Part shown: positions 31,855-40,593 of the stretch, piece by piece
How positions within the stretch are numbered: position 1 is the first letter of the stretch
Layout of the letters: each line of letters begins with the position of its first letter
NCBI GenBank assembly: GCA_965206595.1
Contig: OZ242214.1
Span: 6,944,001-7,008,000 of the forward strand
Length of the DNA: 64,000 bases
Direction of reading: 5' to 3'
Origin: Candidatus Latescibacterota bacterium
GTDB taxonomy: Bacteria > Latescibacterota > UBA2968 > UBA8231
Program-made: the position numbers and the translations under genes
The notes under the pieces: model-generated
What the model was told of the DNA's origin: nothing
Database searches by the model: none
Seen by the model: the letters and a program-made list of their open reading frames with translations, nothing else

Positions 31855-31967
31855 TCCTTGCTCAATTTCCGCTGTAATCCCCGAACCGCCACCGGTCTTC
31901 CGGGCCGATACGGGACGGCCGGGTTTTTATGCATTTCCGGCATGAAAGCGGACAACTGACGTCTCAT
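31851..31967 (-). pseudogene. Degenerate peptide gene of cassette B
   Basis: Same promoter, leader and GGAGG RBS as cassette C and start MRRQL, but no hydrophobic core and no cysteines. Confidence 0.55.
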
Positions 31968-32027
31968 TTCCTGCCTCCTCTTGTTTTGGGGTCGCGCCTG
32001 TTCGCTACCCCGGTCACCCAAATACCA

Positions 32028-32044
32028 TGCAATGGGCGTGCCTG
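32028..32044 (-). promoter_or_regulatory. Sigma54 -24/-12 promoter, cassette B
   Basis: CAGGCACGCCCATTGCA (GG-N10-GC). Confidence 0.85.
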
Positions 32045-32178
32045 TACCTGGCCGGCAGAGCTCATGAATGGCGTATGTAGTTGCGTAACCTGTTGTTTTA
32101 CTGTGTCTTACTAATATCACTTTTTCTTTTTTCGTCGCCATCAGCTCGTCCTTGTCGCTACCGGCTTCTCGGTCCCGC

Positions 32179-32191
32179 CGTATTATATACG
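32179..32191. promoter_or_regulatory. GTAT-N3-ATAC palindrome (putative UAS), cassette B
   Basis: CGTATTATATACG. Confidence 0.7.
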
Positions 32192-32526
32192 GTTTTCACC
32201 GACGGGCCGCCGCCCGCCCCTCCTCCTTCAAGCTCGGTTCTACTCGAAAGAAGCCGCGCCGTCTCAGGCGCTGGATCGCTGGTTTTTTTCCGAAAATGGA
32301 AATTCTGCGAGGGAGTTCAGGTTTGACCCCCTTGCCGCGGGCAGGTGCCGAGCAGGCCCTGGCCGAACAGGCGGGTGATCTCGTCGACTTCGTAGCGCGG
32401 AAGCGGCACCAGGCGGCCTCGCCTCCGCAGTGGCAGGCCGGCGGACCGGCCGACCGCACGGGCGAGGACCTCGGCACCGATCCGGAAGCCCGCCGGGAAA
32501 TCGTGCAAATGCGAGAAAGATCGGGC

Positions 32527-33504
32527 TTACTCCATCTCCAACGAGGCTTTGATCCGCCCCCAGGAAACCGACTCGACCGCGCTGTCCCCTGGGTCGGTCG
32601 AGCCCGCGGGCAGCAGCAGCCCGTCGAGAAAGGTATCCGCCCGATTAAAAGAAATGTTGTTAAAGAACGTGGTGGATGTCTCGTCTGGTTGCTGGACTTC
32701 GACCGACCATCTTTGGGCATCAAATGCAGGCGGGTCATGGTCAAGCACTACCATCGCGAAACCGATCACCTGTCCCGCAGCAAAATCGCTGACCACGCTC
32801 CCCTCGGGGCTTTGCCACGTTTCCCCCCAGCGGTCGAACGGGGTCACGTACAGCTCGATCACCCAGATGACCGGAGCTTCTCCGGCCGCGCCGCCGCCGC
32901 TATCCCCATAGGGTGGCAAGGTCGTCCATGAAGCCTGTCCAATCTGGAATCTATACCTAAAATCATTCAGGGTCGGACCCCTGACAGTACGGGAAATAGC
33001 CTGGTAAAACGGAGCTTGCCCATGAATCTCGATAGCTTTTTCCAGTGGAGTTTCGGAATTACTCCCCTTTCCGCCGCTATGGTCTCCGTCGATCGCCAGC
33101 ATGATGCTGTCATACTGGGACATTCCATCACCAGAAGAACCGTAGTCGTGGGTGTTCTTGTACACGTCGTCGCTGGCCACGAAGCCGACATAGAGACGGG
33201 CCGGCTCGTCGTGCCAGGCCAGCCAGATGCGGAAGTCCAAGTCGGAAGGATCAGGTAGCAAAGGAGGCGAATGCGGCTCTTCTCCCGTGAAATCCAGTAG
33301 CGTCATAGTCGGCTCCCCGACCAGCTCGTACCACTCGTCTACCAACCCGTCGTCGAGTTGGATCTGTTCCAGCATTTCGTCACTGAGATAGGGAATCGGG
33401 AACACGCGGTCTCCGAGGTGGGCCTCTGCCCGGGCAGACAGCCCCAATCCGAGAAACAGAAAAAGGGCGGCGTGCCATTGCTTCCTGATACGAACACGGG
33501 TCAC
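32527..33504 (-). CDS. DOMON/CBM9-like secreted paralog C1
   Basis: Signal peptide AEA-H; LDDGLVDEW, DLDFRIWLAWHD, DSIMLAIDGDHSGG, IELYVTPFD, GQVIGF..V.DHD; tail SAVESVSWGRIKASLEME. Confidence 0.88.
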   Translation of the reverse strand: MTRVRIRKQWHAALFLFLGLGLSARAEAHLGDRVFPIPYLSDEMLEQIQLDDGLVDEWYELVGEPTMTLLDFTGEEPHSPPLLPDPSDLDFRIWLAWHDEPARLYVGFVASDDVYKNTHDYGSSGDGMSQYDSIMLAIDGDHSGGKGSNSETPLEKAIEIHGQAPFYQAISRTVRGPTLNDFRYRFQIGQASWTTLPPYGDSGGGAAGEAPVIWVIELYVTPFDRWGETWQSPEGSVVSDFAAGQVIGFAMVVLDHDPPAFDAQRWSVEVQQPDETSTTFFNNISFNRADTFLDGLLLPAGSTDPGDSAVESVSWGRIKASLEME

Positions 33505-33895
33505 GAGTTTTTCTCCTGTGTGAAGTTTGAACTGGCTTGCCTGCTTCGGGCAGGCATGGTGTGGTTAATGCAGGGCAGGCAGGCGCGGTGTCAATTCCTT
33601 CGTTCAGGTCTGGCTGCAACCCTTTGCTCACTTGCTCACCTATTGAGCGCTTGCGCGCGGGGCACCGCATCCGCCTGTCTGCCGGCACAGGCAGGCGGGC
33701 TGAACACCCTCCGTCGACGAGATCCCCGGATTCAAGCAGCCACTATCCCAGCATGGTCTATTTCCTGGACCGCTCCCTGCGCAGTGCGGCCAGGGCAGAA
33801 AGCCCGGCAGGAAAGGCGGAACAGCGCCCACACCCCTTAAAGAAACAGGGCATGGGCGCCTGAGCGACTGGAGCCTCCCCGCAGGAGGGGAGAGC

Positions 33896-34096
33896 TCAGT
33901 CGCAGTTGCAGCAGCCGTTGTAGGAGTACCCGTGCCCCAGTACGGAGCACAGGTAGGCGCACTCGCCGGCGGAGTTAACATTGGTGAAATGGTGCTGTCC
34001 GGTATGTGCGCTCAAGAAGACTGCACCGGCCGCGAGCATGACTCCCGCCGCAACGGCGAGGAAAGCCTTCCTGCTCCGATTCAATTGACGTTTCAT
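33896..34096 (-). CDS. Secreted Cys/His-rich defensin-like peptide C (66 aa)
   Basis: MKRQLNRSRKAFLAVAAGVMLAAGAVFLSA-HTGQHHFTNVNSAGECAYLCSVLGHGYSYNGCCNCD; GGAGG RBS. Confidence 0.88.
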   Translation of the reverse strand: MKRQLNRSRKAFLAVAAGVMLAAGAVFLSAHTGQHHFTNVNSAGECAYLCSVLGHGYSYNGCCNCD

Positions 34097-34157
34097 TTCT
34101 GCCTCCCTTTGGATTTTGGGGTCGCGCCTGTTCGCTACCCCGGTCACCCAAATACCA

Positions 34158-34174
34158 TGCAATGGGCGTGCCTG
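34158..34174 (-). promoter_or_regulatory. Sigma54 -24/-12 promoter, cassette C
   Basis: CAGGCACGCCCATTGCA. Confidence 0.85.
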
Positions 34175-34308
34175 TACCTGGCCGGCAGAGCTCATGAATG
34201 GCGTATGTAGTTACGTAACCTATTGTTTTACTGTGTCTTACTAATATCACTTTTTCTTTTTTCGTCGCCATCAGCTCGTCCTTGTCGCTACCGGCTTCTC
34301 GGTCTCGC

Positions 34309-34341
34309 CGTATTATATACGGTCTCGCCGTATTATATACG
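34309..34341. promoter_or_regulatory. Two GTAT-N3-ATAC palindromes at 20-bp spacing (putative UAS), cassette C
   Basis: CGTATTATATACG at 34309 and 34329. Confidence 0.75.
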
Positions 34342-34674
34342 GTTTCGCCGACGGGCCGCCGCCCGCCCCTCCTCCTTCAAGCTCGGTTCTACTCGAAAGA
34401 AGCCGCGCCCGTCTCAGGCGCTGGATCGCTGGTTTTTTTCCGAAAATGGAAATTCTGCGAGGGAGTTCAGGTTTGACCCCCTTGCCGCGGACAGGTGCCG
34501 AGCAGGCCCTGGCCGAACAGGCGGGTGATCTCGTCGACTTCGTAGCGCGGAAGCGGCACCAGGCGGCCTCGCCTCCGCAGTTGCAGGCCGGCGGACCGGC
34601 CGACCGCACGGGCGACGACCTCGGCGCCGATCCGGAAGCCCGCCGGGAAATCGTGCAATGCGAGAAAGATCGGG

Positions 34675-35661
34675 CTACTCCATCTCCAACGAGGCTTTGA
34701 TCCGCCCCCAGGAAACCGACTCGACCGCGCTGTCCCCTGGGCCGGCCGGATCGGCAGGCAGCAGCAGCCCGTCGAGAAAGGTATCCGCCCGATTAAAAGA
34801 AATGTTAAAGAACGTGGTGAACCAGGTGTATGTGTCGTCTGGTTGCTGGACTTCGGCCGACCATTCCTGGGGATCAAATGCAGGGGGGTCATGGTCGAGC
34901 ACTGCAATCGCGAAACCGATCACCTGGTCCGCGGCAAAACGGCTGACCACGCTCCCCTCCGGGCTTTGCCACGTTTCCCCCCAGCGGTCGAACGGGGTCA
35001 CGTACAGCTCGATCACCCAGATGACCGGAGCTTCTCCGGCCGCGCCGCCGCCGCTATCCCCATAGGGTGGCAAGGTCGCCCATGAAGCCTTTCCAATCTG
35101 GAATCTATACGAAGAATCATTCAGAGTCGGACCGCTGACAGTACGGGAAATAGCCTCGTAATCCGGAGCTTGCCCATAAAATTCGATAGCTTCTTCCCAT
35201 GGAGTGTTCTGGTCTCTCCCCCTTCCTCCGCTGTGGTCTCCGTCGATCGCCAACACGATGCTGTCATGCTCATTTCCGAAGGAAGGTGAACTACTGTAGT
35301 CGTGGGTGTTCTTGTACACGTCGTCGCTGGCCACGAAAGCGACGTAGAGACGGGCCGGCTCGTCGTGCCAGGCCAGCCAGATACGGAAGTCCAGGTCGGA
35401 AGGATCAGGCAGCAAAGGAGGCGAGTGCGGCATATGTCCCGTGAAATCCAGCAGGGTCATGGCCGGTTCGCCGATCAACTCGTACCACTCGTCTATGCGG
35501 CCGTCGTCGAGCCGGATCTGTTCCAGCATCTCGTCGGTAAGCTCGGCAATCGGGTACAGGCGATCGCCGAGGTGGGCCTCTGCTGGGACGGCGGATATTG
35601 CCAACCATAAAAGCAGGACCAAACTGCATTCAACTGCTTTTCGGATACGAACACGAGGCAT
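34675..35661 (-). CDS. DOMON/CBM9-like secreted paralog D5
   Basis: Same motifs as C1; SWGRIK tail. Confidence 0.88.
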   Translation of the reverse strand: MPRVRIRKAVECSLVLLLWLAISAVPAEAHLGDRLYPIAELTDEMLEQIRLDDGRIDEWYELIGEPAMTLLDFTGHMPHSPPLLPDPSDLDFRIWLAWHDEPARLYVAFVASDDVYKNTHDYSSSPSFGNEHDSIVLAIDGDHSGGRGRDQNTPWEEAIEFYGQAPDYEAISRTVSGPTLNDSSYRFQIGKASWATLPPYGDSGGGAAGEAPVIWVIELYVTPFDRWGETWQSPEGSVVSRFAADQVIGFAIAVLDHDPPAFDPQEWSAEVQQPDDTYTWFTTFFNISFNRADTFLDGLLLPADPAGPGDSAVESVSWGRIKASLEME

Positions 35662-35727
35662 GAGTCTTTCTCCATTCTGAGCGCTGTGAAAGCCCGAGGG
35701 CGATCACCGGAGAGGACGATACGCCGG

Positions 35728-36702
35728 TTACTCCATCTCCAGGGCGGCCTTGATTCGCCCCCAGGAAACCGACTCGACCGCGCTGTCTCCAGGCTGGGGC
35801 GAGCCCGCGGGCAGCAGGATGCCATCGACAAAGGTATCTCCTCTTACATCCCACAATTCTCCGAACACACTTCCATCAGACCGATGCATGGCTTCAGGTA
35901 CCCAACCCCTCCATCTCCCAGGTGGATCGCGGTCATGTACAATAATCGCAAAACCAATTACCTTCCCTGCGGCCAGGTCGCTGACCAGGTGATCCCCGGC
36001 GCTACTCCACCCTCCCCCCCAATGGTCGAAAGGGGTCACGTACAGTTCGATCACGCTGATGACGGGAGCTTCTCCGGCCACGCCTCCGCCCCCATCCCCA
36101 TAGGGAGGAAAAACCGTCCAAGGAAACTCCCCCGTCTGGTGTCTGACGCCCGGGTCATCCAGGGTCGGGCCGCCGACGGTGCGGGCAATTGCCTCGTACC
36201 ACTGAGTTTGCCCATGAGCTTCCGGCCAATCCGCTTCCAGTGAGCAACTCGAGGTACAACCCGCCCCCCCGCTGTGGTCTCCGTCGAATCCCATCATGAT
36301 ACTGTCATGATCCATCATATCATCTCTAGTAGATGATTCAAACCAATCCCCACTGTAGTCGTGGGTGTTTTTGTACAGGTCGTCGCCAGCCACGAAGGCC
36401 ACATAGATGCGAGCCGGGTCGTCGTGCCAGGCCAGCCAGATGCGGAAGTCCAGGTCGGACGGATCCGGTTCCAGGTTCTCCCACTCCTCTTTGAAATCCA
36501 GCAGGGTCATGGACGGCTCGCCGACCAACTCGTACCACTCGTCTATGCGCCCGTCGTCGAGCTGGATCTGTTCCAGCATCTCGTCTGTGAGCTCGGCAAT
36601 CGGGAACACGCGGTCGCCGACGTGGGCTTCGGCAGATATTGCCAACCATAAAAGCAGGACCAAACTGCATTCAACTGCTTTTCGGATACGAACACGAGGC
36701 AT
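35728..36702 (-). CDS. DOMON/CBM9-like secreted paralog D4
   Basis: Same motifs; GAGCTSSCS loop; SWGRIK tail. Confidence 0.88.
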   Translation of the reverse strand: MPRVRIRKAVECSLVLLLWLAISAEAHVGDRVFPIAELTDEMLEQIQLDDGRIDEWYELVGEPSMTLLDFKEEWENLEPDPSDLDFRIWLAWHDDPARIYVAFVAGDDLYKNTHDYSGDWFESSTRDDMMDHDSIMMGFDGDHSGGAGCTSSCSLEADWPEAHGQTQWYEAIARTVGGPTLDDPGVRHQTGEFPWTVFPPYGDGGGGVAGEAPVISVIELYVTPFDHWGGGWSSAGDHLVSDLAAGKVIGFAIIVHDRDPPGRWRGWVPEAMHRSDGSVFGELWDVRGDTFVDGILLPAGSPQPGDSAVESVSWGRIKAALEME

Positions 36703-36768
36703 GAGTCTTTCTCCATTCTGAGCGCTGTGAAAGCCCGAGGGCGATCACCGGAGAGGACGATACGCCGG

Positions 36769-37752
36769 TTACTCCATCTCCAGGGCGGCCTTGATTCGCC
36801 CCCAGGAAACCGACTCTACGGCGCTGTCTCCCGGCTCGGGGGGCAGCAGGAGGCCGTCGAGAAATGAATCTCCTCTTCTGTCCCACAATTCTCCAATCGC
36901 AATTCCATCAAGCCGCTGCATGGCTTCGGGTGCCCAACCCCTCCATCTCCCAGGTTGATCGCGGTCATGTACAATGATCGCAAAACCGATTACCTTCCAT
37001 GCGGCCAGGTCGCTGACCAGGTGATCCCCGGCGCTGTCCCATCCTCCCCCCCAATGGTCGAACGGGGTCACGTACAGCTCGATGACGCTGATGGTCGGGT
37101 TTTCTCCGGCCACGCCTCCGCCCCCATCCCCATAAGGAGGAAAAACCGTCCAAGGGAACTCCTCCGTCCGGTGTCTGACGCCCGGGTCATCCAGGGTCGG
37201 GCCGCCGACGGTACGCGCAATTGCCTCGTACCACTGAGTTTGCCCATGAGCTTCCGGCCAATCCTCCTGTGAGCAACTCGAGGTACAACCCGCCCCCCCG
37301 CTGTGGTCTCCGTCGAATCCCAGCATGATACTGTCATTATCCATCATATTATCTCTAGATGATCCGAACCAATCCCCCCCACTGTAGTCGTGGGTGTTCT
37401 TGTACACGTCGTCGCCGGCCACGAAGGCCACATAGATGCGAGCCGGCTCGTCGTGCCAGGCCAGCCAGACGCGGAAGTCCAGGTCGGACGGATCCGGTTC
37501 CAGGTCCTCCTCCCACTCCTCTTTGAAATCCAGCAGGGTCATGGACGGCTCGCCGACCAACTCGTACCACTCGTCTATGCGCCCGTCGTCGAGCCGGATC
37601 TGTTCCAGCATCTCGTCGCTGAGATAGGCAATCGGGAACACGCGGTCGCCGACGTGGGCCTCTGCCCGGGCAGACAGGCCGGCAGATATTGCCAACCATA
37701 GAAGCAGGACCAAACTGGCATTCAACTGCTTTCGGGTACGAGTACGGGTCAT
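36769..37752 (-). CDS. DOMON/CBM9-like secreted paralog D3
   Basis: Same motifs; GAGCTSSCS loop; SWGRIK tail. Confidence 0.88.
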   Translation of the reverse strand: MTRTRTRKQLNASLVLLLWLAISAGLSARAEAHVGDRVFPIAYLSDEMLEQIRLDDGRIDEWYELVGEPSMTLLDFKEEWEEDLEPDPSDLDFRVWLAWHDEPARIYVAFVAGDDVYKNTHDYSGGDWFGSSRDNMMDNDSIMLGFDGDHSGGAGCTSSCSQEDWPEAHGQTQWYEAIARTVGGPTLDDPGVRHRTEEFPWTVFPPYGDGGGGVAGENPTISVIELYVTPFDHWGGGWDSAGDHLVSDLAAWKVIGFAIIVHDRDQPGRWRGWAPEAMQRLDGIAIGELWDRRGDSFLDGLLLPPEPGDSAVESVSWGRIKAALEME

Positions 37753-37818
37753 GAGTCTTTCTCCATTCTGAACGCTGTGAAAGCCCGAGGGCGATCACCG
37801 GAGAGGACGATACGCCGG

Positions 37819-38778
37819 CTACTCCATCTCCAGGGAGGCCTTGATACGGCCCCAGGAAACCGACTCGACCGCGCTGTCTCCCGGGCCGGCCAAGTCGGCG
37901 GGCAGCAGCAGCCCATCGAGAAAGCCGTCTGCCCGGTGGTGAAAGAAAATTCGAAAAAGGTCCGTGGGGGTGTATTCTCCAGACTGCAGGGCTTCGGGTA
38001 CCCAATCCACCCAGTCGGAATCCGGCGACTCCCTATCCCGTACCGAAATCGCGAAGCCGATTACCTGTCCCGCTGTCAGATCGCTGACCGTGATCTCCCC
38101 GGGGCTGTGCCATCCCGCCCAGCGGTCGAACGGGGTGACGTACAGCTCGATGACGCTGATGGTCGGGTTTTCTCCGAACACCCCGCCACCGCCCTCCCCG
38201 TAGGGTGGAAAGACCGTCCAGGCGTACTCCCCCGTCTGGACTCTGGTGCCCCCGTCATCAAGGGTCGGGCCGATGGGAGTTCGGGCAATCGCCTCGTACA
38301 TCTGAGTCCGCCCGGCGATCTCCTCCCACTCTTCCAGCTGCGTACTGTTGCCAGCGCCGGCACCGCCGCTGTGATCTCCATCGATTACCAGCACAATACT
38401 GTCATTGTTGATGAAAAGTTCATCCGAGGCCCAACTGTGGGTGTTCTCGTACACGTCGTCGCTCGCGATGAAGGCGAGGTAGAATCGAGCCGGGTCGTCG
38501 TGCCAGGCCAGCCAGATGCGGAAGTCCAGATCGGACGGATCAGGTGTCACCTCTCCCCTCCGGTCGGCAAAATCCAGCACCGTCATGGTCGGTTCCCCGA
38601 CCAGCTCGGACCACTCGTCCACCAAGCCGTCCTTGAGATCGATCCTTTCCAGCATCTCGTCACTGAGATAGGGAATCGGGTACACGCGGTCTCCGAGGTG
38701 GGCCCCGGAGGACATCGCCAGTCCCAGGAGCAGAACGAGGGGGGCGTGCCATTGCTTCCTGATGGGAAAACCGATCAC
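37819..38778 (-). CDS. DOMON/CBM9-like secreted paralog D2
   Basis: GTG start after GGGAGA; signal peptide SGA-H; same motifs and tail. Confidence 0.87.
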   Translation of the reverse strand: MIGFPIRKQWHAPLVLLLGLAMSSGAHLGDRVYPIPYLSDEMLERIDLKDGLVDEWSELVGEPTMTVLDFADRRGEVTPDPSDLDFRIWLAWHDDPARFYLAFIASDDVYENTHSWASDELFINNDSIVLVIDGDHSGGAGAGNSTQLEEWEEIAGRTQMYEAIARTPIGPTLDDGGTRVQTGEYAWTVFPPYGEGGGGVFGENPTISVIELYVTPFDRWAGWHSPGEITVSDLTAGQVIGFAISVRDRESPDSDWVDWVPEALQSGEYTPTDLFRIFFHHRADGFLDGLLLPADLAGPGDSAVESVSWGRIKASLEME

Positions 38779-38851
38779 AAGTTTTCTCCCTTGTCTGACG
38801 CCCGGCGCGGTCGAGGCTCGAGAACCGCGCAAAGGATGGTCCGCATGCCGG

Positions 38852-39808
38852 CTACTCCATCTCCAGGGAAGCCTTGATCCGCCCCCAGGAAACCGACTCC
38901 ACCGCGCTGACACCCGGTCCGGCCGGATCGGCGGGCAGCAGCAGCCCGTCGAGAAAGGAATCCGCCCGATTGCGAATTATGTTCCAGAAGGTGGTGTCGG
39001 TCTCGTCTGACTGCTGGACTTCGACCGACCATCTTTTGACATCAATTGCAGGCGGGTCATGGTCAAGCACTACCATCGCGAAACCGATCACCTGTCCTGC
39101 GGCAAAATGGCTGACCACGCTCCCCTCGGGGCTTTCCCACGGTTCCCCCCAGCGGTCGAACGGCGTCACGTACAGCTCGATCACCCAGATGACCGGGGCT
39201 TCTCCGGCCACGCCGCCGCCGCCTTCCGCATAGGGTGGCAAGGTCGTCCATGAAGCCTGTCCAATCTGGACCCTATAGGGCACATCATTCAAGGTCGGAC
39301 CGCTGGCTGTGCGGGAAATAGCCTGGTAAGACGGAGCTTGCCCATGAATCTCGATAGCTTCTTCCAGTGGAGTGTTGGAGTCACCCCCCCTTCCTCCGCT
39401 ATGGTCTCCGTCGATTGCCAGCATGATGCTGTCATTTTCATGTAGGTATGGAGAACTACTGTAATCGTGGTTGTTCTTGTACACGTCGTCGCTGGCCACG
39501 AAGGCGACATAGAGGCGGGCCGGCTCGTCGTGCCAAGCCAGCCAGATGCGGAAGTCCAGATCCGCAGGATCGAGCGGCGATTGGTGGATTTCTTCGGTGA
39601 AGTCCAGCAGCGACAGGGTGGGCTCTCCGACCAACTCGTACCACTCGTCCACCAACCCGTCGTCGAGCTGGATTCCGGCCAGCATTTCGTCGCTGAGATA
39701 GGGAATCGGGTACACGCGGTCTCCGAGGTGGGCCCCGGAGGACATCGCCAGTCCCAGGAGCAGAACGAGAGCGGCGCGCCATGGCTTTTTGGTACAAACT
39801 CGGGTCAT
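38852..39808 (-). CDS. DOMON/CBM9-like secreted paralog D1
   Basis: Start MTRVCTKK after AGGAG; same motifs and tail. Confidence 0.88.
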   Translation of the reverse strand: MTRVCTKKPWRAALVLLLGLAMSSGAHLGDRVYPIPYLSDEMLAGIQLDDGLVDEWYELVGEPTLSLLDFTEEIHQSPLDPADLDFRIWLAWHDEPARLYVAFVASDDVYKNNHDYSSSPYLHENDSIMLAIDGDHSGGRGGDSNTPLEEAIEIHGQAPSYQAISRTASGPTLNDVPYRVQIGQASWTTLPPYAEGGGGVAGEAPVIWVIELYVTPFDRWGEPWESPEGSVVSHFAAGQVIGFAMVVLDHDPPAIDVKRWSVEVQQSDETDTTFWNIIRNRADSFLDGLLLPADPAGPGVSAVESVSWGRIKASLEME

Positions 39809-40176
39809 GGGTCTTCTCCTGCGCGAAGTTTGGACCGGCTGCCTGCTTCGGGCAGGCATTGTGTGGATAAAGCCCGGATCAATGGAGCGCTTGCGGACGG
39901 CCGGGCCCGCAATCCGCCTTTCTGCCTCCTGCCTGTCTCCTCTCTGCCTCGGCACAGGCAGGCGGGGCTGAAGACTTCCATCGACGAGACTATCCTGATT
40001 CATGCGCCGTCGAAATGCCTAATGCCGTCTTTGGTTATTTCTTGGAGCGCTCCCTGCGAGTCGCAGGGGGACCCCAAGAACCCAGCAGGAAATGCGGAAA
40101 GGCGCCCACACCCTATAGAAACAGGGCGCGGGCGCCTGAGCGGACTCGAGCCTCCCCCTTGGCAGGAGGGGAGAGC

Positions 40177-40383
40177 TCAGTTGCATTCGCAGCAGTTCCA
40201 AGAATCGTAGTAGGTGTACCCGTGCCCCAATTGAGAGCACATGTAGGCGCAATCATCTTCGGAGTCAACTCCGCTGAAATGGTGCGAACTGCCTGCGCTC
40301 AAGAAGGCCGCACCGGCCGCGAGCATGACCCCCGCCGCGATGGCGAGAAGGGCCTTTCTGCTCCGATTCAAATGACGTTTCAT
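40177..40383 (-). CDS. Secreted Cys/His-rich defensin-like peptide D (68 aa)
   Basis: Signal peptide ending LSA; GSSHHFSGVDSEDDCAYMCSQLGHGYTYYDSWNCCECN; AGGAGG RBS. Confidence 0.88.
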   Translation of the reverse strand: MKRHLNRSRKALLAIAAGVMLAAGAAFLSAGSSHHFSGVDSEDDCAYMCSQLGHGYTYYDSWNCCECN

Positions 40384-40442
40384 GGCTTCCTCCTGTGGTT
40401 TCGGGGCCGCGCCTTTCGCTAACCCCGTTCACCCAGAAGAGA

Positions 40443-40459
40443 TGCAAACGGCGTGCCTG
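40443..40459 (-). promoter_or_regulatory. Sigma54 -24/-12 promoter, cassette D
   Basis: CAGGCACGCCGTTTGCA (GG-N10-GC). Confidence 0.87.
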
Positions 40460-40593
40460 TACCTGGCCTGCGCCTCCACGAATGGGAACTGTAGTTCCGT
40501 AAGTCATTATTTTTCAGGTCTTTTACAAAATGTTTTTTATTTTTCGGGGGGCCGTCAGCTCGTTTTTGCCACGAACCGGCTTCCCGTGTCCGC

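Larger units (their letters stand above)
31984..32593. repeat. ~600-bp direct repeat, copy 1 (promoter, UAS, spacer, paralog 3' end)
   Basis: Near-identical to 34114-34742. Confidence 0.9.
34114..34742. repeat. ~600-bp direct repeat, copy 2
   Basis: Near-identical to 31984-32593, with an extra 20-bp UAS duplication. Confidence 0.9.
35662..37818. repeat. 66-bp intergenic spacer repeated three times between tandem paralogs (35662-35727, 36703-36768, 37753-37818)
   Basis: GAGTCTTTCTCCATTCTGA.CGCTGTGAAAGCCCGAGGGCGATCACCGGAGAGGACGATACGCCGG x3. Confidence 0.9.

Noticed and set aside
32317-32508. Short ORF in the duplicated spacer (MHDFPAGFRIG...; also ~34467-34658)
   Set aside because: Looks like a gene remnant copied with the duplication; no RBS or recognisable family
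26381-37818. Periodic 20-bp and 66-bp repeats as a CRISPR array
   Set aside because: Too few copies, the spacers are whole genes or absent, and there are no cas genes
30845-39808. Diversity-generating retroelement or integron behind the paralog variation
   Set aside because: No reverse transcriptase or integrase in the window, differences include indels and are not adenine-specific, and no attC-like sites were seen
25868-40383. Peptides as RiPP precursors (ranthipeptide/lanthipeptide)
   Set aside because: Leaders look like Sec signal peptides, and no radical SAM, LanM, YcaO or peptidase-transporter gene is nearby
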